A stretch of DNA of 64,000 nucleotides. Origin: Eledone cirrhosa. Lineage: Eukaryota. How positions within the stretch are numbered: the stretch's first letter is position 1; each line of letters starts with the position of its first letter. The DNA is taken from NCBI GenBank assembly GCA_964016885.1, contig OZ024743.1, forward strand, positions 189,968,001 to 190,032,000, written 5' to 3'. Shown in pieces: positions 51,368-64,000 of this stretch. The notes below the pieces were generated by a model. The model saw nothing but the letters and a program-made list of their open reading frames with translations, did no database searches and had not been told where the DNA came from. Position numbers and translations under genes: made by a program.

Positions 51368-53444
51368 AGTTTATAATGGAGTTCGTTCACTTGCAATGCT
51401 GATTTTAAATCTCACAGTGAGCACAATTGGGAGAAGTGTGGGTTCTACATATCTGGCTTTCCATAGACAATACATTATTAACACTCATTGTACCTGAATA
51501 TACACTAGAAAAAGAACCCTTATTATTATTAAAATCATGTTAGTTGTTCCAGCAATATCAATTCTGCTTTTGTCTTTTTTATCAAGGAGTACATTAACTA
51601 ATGTCTTTCTGTTGAATTGATTAAGATATTTGGCTGCTTTATCTAGCAAGTTGAGTGTCCAAGTAGAGGCTTTCTTGATAGCTCAGTGGACTAAACCAGT
51701 GTAAGTCAAAATTTTTCAGCTAACCGTCTACGTTGTGATGGTAATAAAACATATGCATATCACCCATCATTGATATTTTACTGAAGCACAGTCAGTACTA
51801 TGAACCTGTAACTCTCGATGGAGTTGTATGGACTCACAACATGCCATGAACATTTTAAAACCTTGTGGAGCCCATCACCTCTCCAGGTATGAATATAGTT
51901 GATTTCTTCCATGGAAGGAAAGATAGAGGGTGTGGGTGTGGGTGAGAAAGAGATATAGAGCAATAATTGACTTTTCTACTGGACGGATTTCAGAAAGTGA
52001 AAGGTAAAGTTGGTCTCAATGGATTTTGAAATCAGAGTACAAAGAACCAGAACAAATATATTAAAGAATTTTATCTGATGTTCTAATGGCTTTGGCAATT
52101 TGCAACCTTACTCAATGAGTGTAAATACTCAATTTCACCAGATGATGCATATGTCGGCAGAGTCCATGAATTAGCTACTTGGGGTGTGTTAATTCTTTTA
52201 TCTATAAAATCTTCAAAGAATCTATTTTTGTATTAATTAGCACTAATGTAATGTTTATGTAGTGAAGACAACGCTACTGCATCAAAAGTAATGTCAGGTT
52301 TTGCTTTCTTATATGTATATTGTATATATATATATGACTTGATTCTGTATGTGTGTATCTGTAGTTATATCTGTGTATGTATGTTATGTATATACAGCTG
52401 CATACATGCACACAGATTCACACAAAGTCATATTGTGACGTCCATATATAGACACAATAAGAAGACATCTGAGGAATTAAAAATGATTTTGTCATATGTA
52501 TAATGAAGCAAAGAAGAAACATAGATTTACTAAGAAGAATGTGTTCAAAGAACCCGCTTTATTGGCTAACTGACAACCAATCAACGGTAGTTGTTCCTAA
52601 CATGACAGAGACAGCAAAGGAACATTCTGAGTTTATAAGCAAATGCCTTCAGATTAAAAAAAAATGTATGTGTGAAAGAATGTTTCTACCCCAGTAATGT
52701 CACATCCTATCTTAAAAAATTTAATAATACATAACAACATCAACCAACTGTTAAAAGAAAAGCAATAAATTCTGACTGTCGCTAATACTGTGAAAGACGA
52801 AATCAAAATTCGAGATTCTATATGAATGTTTGACCTGCTAGACATAACAACCAAATTACCTTCTGTCATACTCTTCAGAAAAGCACTACTCTGACAGAAA
52901 AAACGACTACTGTTGTTACCCACCATCAATACTTGTTTTAGTTATTACTAGTACTATTGCTGCTGATGATGATCATGATGATACTGTACTTTTACTGAAA
53001 TTGAATCAATTTCAGTACATAATTTCTTCATAGTTTACTAATTCTAACAGGACAAATTCTAAAGTTAGAACTCAGAATACAAAAATATTAAGCTCATTGA
53101 ATATGATTGTTAGTGTTGTCTGACATAACTCAACCTTGGTAAAAATATGTTCTAGCACTAGCCATCTATTATTTCATTCAGAGAGTGCTTCCAGAATAAT
53201 TTTATTCAATGTGTCCTTATTCTTTTATGATGGTAGTGCCTGATTTGAGGGGGACTTTACCGTGATTTCTGGTAGGTTGATTTAACATAGAGACCCCTTG
53301 TATGACTAACTGGATTCCAGTATTTTTACAGAAGTAGATTATACCTACATATCTGAAGCTATTTACAGCTTGGTGGACTGAGCTAGAGGAATTTGAGAGC
53401 CTTTGCCAGAGACAAAAAATTGCAATAGAAATTGAGTATAAAGT

Positions 53445-53607
53445 AATTGTTTCTACTTTTAGTACGAGGCCAGCAATTATCCCAGTGCATTACTGGTACT
53501 TTATTTTATCGACCCTGTAAGGATGAAAAGCAAAGTTAACCTCGACGGGATTTGAACTCAGACTGTAAAGGGACCTAACTCTGCTGCAAAGCATGGCATC
53601 CGACCCT
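53445..53607 (-). mobile_element. SINE family A
   Basis: Reverse complement core and tail. Confidence 0.85.
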
Positions 53608-54017
53608 TATAAAGTAATACAACTTGATTTGTTTTCAGCTTGAGTAGTAACAAACGTCTCCAGTGCAAAAAATAACACTTACCAATTATCAAGCAAACTA
53701 TCTTACTTTCAAATACAGAAAATTTACATCAAGCAACAATCTACCAATCCTGGAAACCATATTCTTTCTGCTCTGTCAAAACTTCTGAGGACTATCAACA
53801 TTGGCTAGATGAAATGTAGGTTACTAGAAATTGGAGAGATTCTGAAGCAGAGGCAAGCAGATATGTTCTCAGCCTAATTTTGTTAGCGTAAGTAGACAAC
53901 TACACATTTTTCTGGATAGGTAAGGATACTATTCCATAATGTTGTGTACTTTTTCCATTTCATATAATATCTACTGCAAGATATTTTGATTTGAGTCTTG
54001 TGTGACACTTTTGATAT

Positions 54018-55340
54018 TCATCATCATCACCATTATTTTATATCAGCTTTTCTATGCTTGCATGGTTTGGATAGGTCTTTTCCAGCACAACATCCTTCCA
54101 CTTGTCTCAGTTGTTTGTCATCTTTGTAAATTTTAGTGATTTGCAATCAGCTTTCACCAACTCGCAGGAATTCCCTGGTCTTTCTCTAATGTGGCTTCCT
54201 TCCACTTGGATTTCTTAGCTTTTCTTCAATTAGTAATCATCATTCATACACATCACATGTCCTCTTATACACAGCTTTTCCCTCAGTTCATCCATGCTTC
54301 TTCATTTATGGATATTGACATTGCACATACAATAAAGCATGCTTACTTCATCTCTCTGCAGGTGTTGCATATCTCCTGTATCTATAGCCCATGTTTCACT
54401 ACCATGCAGCATCAAACATTGCACACAGGAATCATGCAGCCAGCCTTTCATTTATATTAGCAGAAGACCTGTGGATGTTAGAAAAAAATGAGATAAGTAT
54501 GGTCCGATGGATGTGCAATATTAGTGTGCATGAGCGACTTACCATAAGTAAACTGAGGAAAAATCTTGGCATAAGAGGAATTGGGTCTGGAGTGCAAGAG
54601 AGAAGACTGCATTGGTATGGAAATGTGATGTGCGTGGAAGATAGCAGTTGCATAAAGAAATGCAGAGAAACCCCAGTAGCTAGGACCTGTGGAAGATGCA
54701 ACCCAAGAAGACATGGGATGAGGTTGTGAAGACTGACCTGAATAAGCTAAACCTTACAACAGAAATGACTAACAAGTGCAATGACTGGCACTTGCAATGC
54801 CAGAGAAGACCCACCTGCAGCATACAATGTGACCTGAGTTACCCCCTCCCCTCGCACTCCCTTACAGTTATTCTTACCATCACTACTTCAACCCACCCCA
54901 GCATGTCTCTTCCCATTCCCAGCATCTGTTGCCCCCCCCCCCCCTCCGTGAAGTGGTTGGTGATTTGAAGAGCATTCAGCCATAGAGATTACCAAACAAA
55001 GGGTTTGGTGGACCCTTCAATCATGTCAAGGACCTGACAACCTCCTCAGTGTTGGTGATTTACATGATAAACACACAGAGTACAGGTTGTAAAGTGGTTG
55101 CTGATAGGAAAGGCATCCAGCTGTAGAAATCTTGCCAAACAAAGGGTTGGGAGGACCCTCAGTTGTGTCAAAGGCATGACAACTTTCCCTGTGCACTCAG
55201 TGGAACGTTAGGCCATGTATAAGCAAGACAGATCCCTGGCCTAACCCTAACTCTACAGTAATGAATTGGGCTGAATGGACCCGTCCAACCCTTGCTAACA
55301 GGGAAAGCAGGCGTTAAAACAACAACAACAATGATGGTGG
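54018..55340. mobile_element. Two degenerate RTE 3' fragments back-to-back (minus ~54018-54455, plus ~54460-55340)
   Basis: Plus: MVRWMCNIS..QERRLHWYG, (GAT)n tail at ~55330; minus: catcatcatc tail at 54019 and similar decayed peptide. Confidence 0.7.
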
Positions 55341-55374
55341 CGGCGACGATGATGATGATGAAAGCCTTTTGCTG

Positions 55375-56450
55375 TCAACAGAAGTAATAGCTCCCTGAAC
55401 TTTTTCTATCCTGTTCTTACTCTAGCTACTTTGCTTTCAGAGCAACAACCTCAAAGGCTACTTAGATCACCTAGGTAGCAGAAGCTGTTAACCACTTCTA
55501 TGGAACCTTGCTGAGATTGGAAATAGTATATTTTACTAATGCTCTTACTATACCTGTACATCTGCTAAGTACAAAGTCTACATTATCCCACTACACCTCT
55601 TGTGGTCCCAAGATTTACATTTTGTGCATTGCATAAAGTTTTTGCCCTTTTTTTCTACATAACAATAGAGACTACTTGCTAGGTGTAGTCAGGATCCTGA
55701 TTAAAACTTTCGTCTTTGCCTAGTTTGCTGTCAGTTCTTTTGATTCTAACTTCTGTTTCCAAAGCCAGAATTTTTTCTCTAGTTCTTCCACAAATTTAAT
55801 TATAAGAACAGGATCAGCAGCATACAGTTGTTTCCATAGACAGTTATTCTTAAACCTGTCTGTTATAGCTTGGAGAACTGTAATAAATAGAAATACCCTG
55901 AAGACCGATCCCTGACGCACATCTATTTGTACTCTGAATTCCACACTAAAATCATTTTTTACTTTCATTTTACATGACTTGTACTCTTCTCACAAGTTAT
56001 TCTTCTACACCTAATTTTCTTCAGGACCACAAGATGAGAGGTGTGTATCTATACATAGCTTGCACTGTTCTCAAAAGCTATTCTTCTGCACTTAATTTTC
56101 TTAAGGAACACAGAATGACAAAGCAATGTACTCTGTCGAAGGACTTTTGTAGATCAATAAAACTGAAATATAGTGGCTTACTCTTAGCTAGCATCTTCTT
56201 GTGTAGTTGTTTCACTATGAATAGAGCATTTGTAGTACTCTTCCATGACACAAAACTGAACTGCATCTCATCAAATTGGACTCATTCCCAAATCAGTTGT
56301 GTTAGGACTCTTACAGCCACCTTCATAACCTGATCCATTGGTTTTATGCTTCTGTAATTTCTCCTTTTCACTTGTGGCAATTAATGAGTATATTGCTGTC
56401 CCAGTCATTAGATATGAACCTGCTGTGTATTACCTGATTGGCTATGCAGG
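55375..56450 (-). mobile_element. Degenerate RTE LINE RT fragment
   Basis: QFSFV..STTNALFIV.QL..FIDLQKSFDRV; VRQGSV; LYAAD. Confidence 0.85.
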
Positions 56451-57818
56451 TGACAAGTTCAGTCCCTATTTCCTAAGGTGCTTTTCCCTTTAGATGTCAA
56501 AACTTATTGCAGAGTGTTTCACAGTATATTTTATTTTATTTTAAAACAATGTAAAACAAAGTTAACAGAATTATAAAGAGACAAAAATGTTCTTGTCAAT
56601 ATAAATGTATACCTTTGAATTAAGAGTTCAATTCCTTTTTCATTTACTAAGTTATTGAATAAAAAAAATAGTATTACTTCAGGCATTAACGCTGAGCAGT
56701 GTGCAAGTGGAATTAAGCAATGTCTTCAAAAGCTAAACTGCCCCTGTGTTGATATGTATCCACACCTTTAATGAAATCACTCAGATATTGCCAAATTAAT
56801 CCCCTAAATTTTTACATTGATTACCAATAATAAAGGTAACTCAATTTAAACATTCTTATACGTTGCCACAAATTAAATTTTTCTTTCTGGAAATGGTTTA
56901 AGGAAAAAGCAACATAGCAATAAAAGTATCTGAAACTTCTTATAACAGTGGAATTAGAATTAAGCTGTAATCTTGTTTCATTTTCTATAAATATTATCTT
57001 GGCATAAATGAAAGCTCTCAATACAAATTAATATTCTCAGCACACCAAACCAGTCTTTTATTATTGAATCAAGAAAAAGAGAAAGAGGAAAGGACATAAC
57101 CTAAACAGATGCCCACACAAGCATACATGCTTCTCTCTCTCTCTCTCTCCCCCTCCCCCTCTCTCTCTCTCTCTCTCAATATATATATATATATATGTGT
57201 GTGTTTATTTATTTATTTCTCTATATATATACTTGTATGCATAGTTGTGTTTCTTGCTGTTAGGGTTTCAGTCAGAAAAGAAATTTCTCTTTTATATTGC
57301 TTTTCTATTTTTGTTTTCTGATAACATTACTTGCTAACCATTAAATTCTCTTTAGCATTGTTTTCTTACACATATTTTGCAAGTATCTCTTCTGCTTGGT
57401 CATTGTTTAGAATATCATCCTTTGAAAAAGGAAACATTGTCATGTTTTCGTGTTAATTTTCTTTAATGAACAGCTTTGGGGAAATACCTGTTTTAACCTT
57501 TATGAACTTACTTGTCTCCTTTCAAATCAGATCACATTCTAAAGTTAGTTCTTAATAGGTAAAGATCACTTACAGAATACTAAATGACGTTTGAAAATTT
57601 ACGTTTCAGTCTGACAAAATCAGAAATCGGCACAAATGAAAGATATCTAGTTCTATCTTTTCGATTGTGAACAATAATAATATTACACATGTTTAATTGA
57701 GTATTAATGAGTTATAACATTGGAACAATATTATAGTGAAGAGGATGAATGACAAAGGCAACAACAACACTGGCATTTGAACAGTGAACATCATTCTCTC
57801 TCTATCTATTTATATATG

Positions 57819-57902
<84 letters not shown>

Positions 57903-57905
<3 letters not shown>

Positions 57906-58073
57906 TCGTCATCATCACCGTTTTACGTCCGTTCTTCCATGCTAGCAAGAGTTAGACGGGTTGTCCTGTTGTGGGCAGTGTCTGGTCGGCTGACCATGCC
58001 TTGCTCATACAGGAACTGATTTTGGATTCATTTCTACAGCTGGATGCCCTTCCTAACACCAACCTCATTTACA

Positions 58074-58129
<56 letters not shown>

Positions 58130-58215
58130 CATTATATATGTCTATATATATATATACACATATGTATATATATATATATATACATACACACATATATATA
58201 TATATATATACATAC

Positions 58216-58249
<34 letters not shown>

Positions 58250-58800
58250 GCTGCGTGCAGGAGAGGCGGTTACGCTGGTATGGACATGTGATGCGTATGA
58301 AGGATGACAGCTGCATAAAAAGGTGCAGAGCACTAGAAGTTGATGGAAACCGCGGAGTGGGGAGACCCAAGATGACTTGGGATGAGGTGATAAAAGCCGA
58401 CCTTACCCAACTACACCTCTCAAAGTCAATGACACACGACCGTGACTTCTGGCGTCTCGCAGTAATACAGGGTACCCGACCTCCCATGGGTACATGCTGA
58501 AGCATATAAACAATATGCCCCCCCCCCACCGCAAGGTGGTCGTGGAGGTGCACGGCAAAAAAGCACCCAGCCCACACTGTAAAGTGGACGTGTAGGCGCC
58601 ACGAAAAAGCACCCAGCACTCACTGTAAATGAGGTTGGTGTTAGGAAGGGCATCCAGCTGTAGAAATCAAGCCAGATCAGTTCCTGTATGAGCAAGGCAT
58701 GGTCAGCCGACCAGACACTGCCCACAACAGGACAACCCTTCTAACCCATGCTAGCGTGGAAGAACGGACGTAAAACGGTGATGATGATGATGATGATGAT
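57903..58800. mobile_element. RTE 3' end (58250-58800, +) with an inverted copy of its terminal ~175 bp (57903-58077)
   Basis: [17 protein letters not shown]; 57903-58077 is the reverse complement of 58620-58795 with several mismatches; embedded in (TA)n. Confidence 0.85.
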
Positions 58801-58917
58801 ATATATATATATATATACATACATATATATATATGTATATATGTATATATATATACATACACATATATATATACGTACATACACATATCTATATATATCT
58901 ATATATGCATACATATC

Positions 58918-58956
<39 letters not shown>

Positions 58957-59049
58957 ATATATATATGTGTATGTATATATATATATGTATATGTGTATGT
59001 ATATATATATGTATATATATGTATGTATGTATATATATATACATATGTG

Positions 59050-59092
<43 letters not shown>

Positions 59093-59233
59093 GTGTATGT
59101 ATATATATATATACATATATATATATATACATATATATACATACATATATATATACATACACACACACACATATATATATACATACACACACACACACAC
59201 ACATATACATACACACCACACACACATATACAT

Positions 59234-59288
<55 letters not shown>

Positions 59289-59575
59289 CACACATATATA
59301 TACATACACATATATATATACATACACACACACTTATATATATATATATATATATATACATACATACATATATATATGTATATATATATACATATATATA
59401 CATACATATATATATGTATATATATATACATATATATACATACACATATATACATATATATATACATACATATATATACACATATATACATATATATATA
59501 TACATACATATATATATAAACATACTCACACACACACATATATATATACACATACCTATATATATATACATATAT
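58800..59575. repeat. Long compound (TA)n/(TG)n/(CA)n microsatellite
   Basis: Direct reading; similar tracts at 5205-5665, 15750-16073, 30155-30730, 62822-63160. Confidence 0.97.
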
Positions 59576-59603
59576 AGAATTCACAAGAATCAAAGCATTT
59601 ATT

Positions 59604-59650
59604 CACTTACAATTGTTTCATCCAAACCTAGGCTTGGAGTCTTCGGAGCA
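59604..59650 (-). ncRNA. Type I hammerhead (CCGAAGA core), inverted pLTR copy
   Basis: tgct-ccgaaga-c-tccaa-gcctaggt-ttgga-t-GAAA-caattg-TA-agtg. Confidence 0.65.
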
Positions 59651-60443
59651 TGTTTCAATGTTTGTACACATAATTGACCTCCTTTCCAACGCAAGAGACA
59701 TACAGATACATATATATATATTGATGTACAGTGGAATGACATATATTATACTATATTATTTCTGTATAGCAATTCAAATTCAAAATCAAAATTAAAATTA
59801 AAACAAAATTAAAATACATTCGGCAGTTAACACAGATAAGGCAAGAGGATATTTTGTTAGTCAGATGTAATAGTTAGTGTATGCGTTAGTTACACGTGGG
59901 GCATGCAAGTGTGTCTCATTTATATATGATTATTGTGTGGCAGGGTGTTACATGTAATACAAGCACTTCAAGCGGGTAAGTAAGAGTATTATGGTGGTTG
60001 TAGTGGTAAGGTATTTTTTGTATATAATAAAAAAGTATGTGTGCAGAAAAATAAAAATAAAAAGGAGAAGCAAAAGAAAGTTATGGTTTTCGTATCCACC
60101 ACCATTTTCACATTCAGGAAAAGTAAAAATAGTTTTTACATCCATCACATAAGTAACGATGATTCCGTATTGGATGCATTAAATTAAATTATTTTAGCTT
60201 ATTGCGGCTCAGTGTTATTTAATCCAAATTTATAGAATAGGTTACATTATCTGTGTTAACTGCCGAATGTATTTTAATTTTGTTTTAATTTTAATTTTGA
60301 TTTTGATTTTGAATTTGAATTGCTATACAGAAATAATATAGTATAATATATGTCACTCCACTGTACATCAATATATATATGTGTGTATCTATATGTCTCT
60401 TGCGTTGGAAAGGAGGTCAATTATGTGTACAGACATTGAAAAA

Positions 60444-60490
60444 TGCCCCGAAGATTCCAAGCCTAGGTTTGGATGAAACAATTGTAAGTG
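60444..60490 (+). ncRNA. Type I hammerhead (CCGAAGA core), upstream pLTR
   Basis: Same motif; palindromic stem III acaattgt; GUA site. Confidence 0.62.
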
Positions 60491-62568
60491 AATAAATGCT
60501 TTGAACATAGCTTTGATTCTTGTGAATTCTATATAACTGCTCTGTAGAACAACTGATGTTATTACATTGAGCTATTTTTCTTACTGGTAATAAGGTAATA
60601 ATAAATTACTGACCTTCACTGTTTAGGGTTTAAAATATACATAACTATAAAAAGTTTTAGTATATACATAACCATAAATAGTATCCTTAACATTATTAAC
60701 TGCTCCATACTGTTGGGCTAACATACAATAAATTACCAGTATGTTGATCAAAGAACATATCAATACCATCCAAGGATACATACGAGAAATTATTTATCAA
60801 CAGTGTCACCTCCTTTATCAATAGAGTGAGATGAAGGACATTCCATTATGATAAAAACAAATCTAACAAAGTTGATAATACTAACAAATTCGACTCCTTC
60901 GGCTTTAAAACTTTTAGAAGCCCCCCTCACAACACACTACTAAACTCCTTTGAAAATGACCTAATAAAACTAGTTAAGAACATTAAATACAAAAAACATC
61001 GTAATAAAAACAACACCTTCTTAAACAAACTTAACTTCTCTATTAATGGATTCAAAACAAGTAGTAAAATTATTGTACATGCGGACAAAACTAATAACAT
61101 ACAGCCTAGATTATGATACATATAGAAAGTTTATATATAATGAACTTTATAAGGGCTACAAGAAAACTACTATGAAAAACTTAGAAGAAATTAATATAGA
61201 AGGCCGTAGAATAGTGTCCAAACTAGGACTTCAGAAATATACACAACCATACATCCCAAACCCCCCTAGATTCTCTCTGAAGGACCATAAGGAGGTTTTC
61301 ATTAGCAACCCCTCGATTAGACTAATCTGCCCTTCCAAGTCTGACATTGGCATTATCAGTAAGAAAATTTTAGATAAAATCATCCCACAGATTAAACACA
61401 AAATATACCTTAAACAATGGGGAAATACAGGTGAAGTTATTGAATGGTTTAAGGATATCAAGGAAAACAAAGATAACAAATTTATTCAAGTTATTCAATT
61501 TGATATCAATTCATACTAAACCTCTATTTCCCCTATCCTATTAAATAAGGCACTAATTATGGCCATGAACAATAGTGACCTGACTAGACCCCAGATTGAT
61601 GTCATACTTGCGGCCCGTAAAACCGTTATGGACCCGCAAGGATACGCATAACAACTACGACATAACCATGGGATCTAGTGACTCGGCGCAGGTCACTGAT
61701 TTGGTGGGCCTATACTTACTAAACGAAATCCATAAGGACCTTCCATACCTCAACGGTGGTTTGTACCGCGATGATGCACTTCTTCTTATAGACTATAAAA
61801 AATTTAATATAGAAAGAACTAGAAAACTATTGCACAAGACTCAAAAACTATAACCTAAGTATCACCATAGACAAAAACACTAAAAACGTTAACTTCCTAT
61901 ATGCCACCCTCTACCTAGACTCTAGGATATATACACCATTCCATAAACCTAACGAAAAACTGATTTACGTAGATACCAAGTCTAACCACCCTAGATCAAT
62001 ATTAAACTCTATCTTTAAGGGAATATCCAATAGAATCTTTAATCTATCTAATGACGAAAACATATGTAGCAAAAACTCACAATATTATAATCAGGCATTA
62101 GCTAGATCAGGCCATAATAATGGGATCGAGTTCCTACCCACAAAAACACATAGTTACAACATTATTTCGCACAATATGTCCATGAGGAAAATTAGTAATA
62201 AGAATAATAACCACACACACACTAGTACGAAGGGTGGCAATAAACGTAACCCACATCAGGGAGGTCACCAAAATACCATAAACGGAAGCATCTCACCAGA
62301 CATAAAAAAACAAAAATAGAAGAAGAAATAATACATTTTTCAATCTAAACGTCTCTACCAACCTACCTAAGGCTTTCCTCTCACTCCTGGAGAAAAACTT
62401 CCCATCTGGCCACAAAATTTTGATTTTGATTTTGAATTTGAATTGCTATACAGAAATAATATAGTATAATATACGTCACTCCACTGTACATCAATATATA
62501 TATATATATGTATCTGTATGTCTCTTGCGTTGGAAAGGAGGTCAATTATGTGTACAAACATTGAAAAA

Positions 62569-62615
62569 TGCCCCGAAGATTCCAAGCCTAGGTTTGGATG
62601 AAACAATTGTAAGTG
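62569..62615 (+). ncRNA. Type I hammerhead (CCGAAGA core), downstream pLTR
   Basis: Direct copy of 60444-60490. Confidence 0.62.
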
Positions 62616-62866
62616 AATAAATGCTTTGAACATAGCTTTGATTCTTGTGAATTCTATATAACTACTCTGTAGAACAACTGATGTTATTACATTGAGCTAT
62701 TTTTCTTACTGGTAATAAGGTAATAATAAATTACTGACCTTCACTGTTTAGGGTTTAAAATATACATAACTATAAAAAGTTTTAGTATATACATAACCAT
62801 AAATAGTATCCTTAATATTATTATACATATATATATATACATTATTATATATATATAGATATATAT

Positions 62867-62907
<41 letters not shown>

Positions 62908-63014
62908 TATACACACATATATATATACATATATATAGACATACATATATGTATACATATATATATATATATATACATACGTACATATATACATATATAT
63001 ATATATACATACAA

Positions 63015-63053
<39 letters not shown>

Positions 63054-63096
63054 TATATATATATATACACACACGTATATATATATACACACACAC

Positions 63097-63165
<69 letters not shown>

Positions 63166-64000
63166 GTAAATTTGTATTCCAATGTTACTAAGTAGTCGCA
63201 TTGGATGGAGTCAACCGACGTCGGAGATTGCTCAACGTATAATAAAGTGTGTTTTAAAATCCGGAGAAAATATTCAAATAGCGAGGTATAGGTAACCCAT
63301 ACACTATAGAAACAATTGTTACCTAATAAATTCTTTATACCCGCATTTCCGTTTCATAAACTTCTTCTCTCTCTCTCTATATATATATATATAAAAGAAA
63401 AGTATAGAAATATATATATAATAAATCAGGAAAGAAGAGTGACACGGTTTGCTATACAAAAGAGGTTTTTAATCTCATTGCTGACAATTGTTTCTCTGAA
63501 CTGGTAGGTCTAGAGATCGCTATCCGCTTATTTTCACGTTACTCGATCGCCAATACAAAGTTATAACCAGTCAGTTCATCGGAGCTTGTGAGAATGAAAA
63601 GAATATACAGGCATGGCTACTATATGTAGTAGTAATGGTATTCAGTCAGAACAATAACAACAATATCAACAATGCTAGCAATAAATTATTTGAAATAATC
63701 ACAACATCAATCTAGGTGGGAAGTATAGTATATCTACGATTTTAGAGTGTAAAACTAGCTGACATGAGGCAGATGTATAAAATTGACATGTAAAAACTGT
63801 CGTGAGGTGTATTATATCTAGTGTAAAGATAAGCTGGTGTCTTTAAACAATGTAGGTCAGGTGGCCGTAAGAGTCGGTTATTATCTGACAGACGAAGGAT
63901 TTATCCCTGTAGTGAGATTTGTCTGGTCTATAATAGATGAGAGGATTGTCTAGCTTTCTCATCATCAATAACATACATGTATAAGACAACATTAACAAAG

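Larger units (their letters stand above)
59575..62822 (+). mobile_element. Penelope-like element 5 with direct and inverted pseudo-LTRs; GIY-YIG region deleted
   Basis: Decayed RT 60740-62415 (LKDHK..IRLI.PSKSDIG, FDINSY, YDITMGSSDSAQ, GLYRDDAL); 60296-60695 repeated at 62417-62822; 59575-59840 is the reverse complement of 60246-60535. Confidence 0.9.

Noticed and set aside
58741-59677. Long ORFs rich in YI/HT/CV repeats here and throughout the window
   Set aside because: Translations of (TA)n/(CA)n microsatellites that lack stop codons

Overview
AT-rich, microsatellite-saturated animal genomic DNA; the repeat repertoire (RTE LINE with (GAT)n tails, tRNA-SINEs, very long (TA)n/(CA)n tracts) suggests an octopus or other cephalopod (inference). 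No intact host gene is identifiable and almost all ORF-track entries are microsatellite artefacts. The window holds five decayed Penelope-like retroelements (PLEs, RT and/or GIY-YIG) from at least three lineages, an L1/Tx1-type LINE, an RTE LINE with an internal PHD-like finger plus fragments, two SINE families and Helitron-like ends. The main hidden signal is about 18 type I hammerhead ribozyme (HHR) motifs (intact, variant, degenerate or truncated), read by eye. They lie in PLE pseudo-LTRs and in short non-coding cassettes inserted in (TA)n tracts, usually as inverted or tandem duplications. They include a 317-bp tandem retrozyme-like unit with a compensated U3-A8 core, recurrent CCGANGA cores and palindromic stem III. 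Several fold-back palindromes also occur next to (TA)n tracts. Boundaries are manual estimates.
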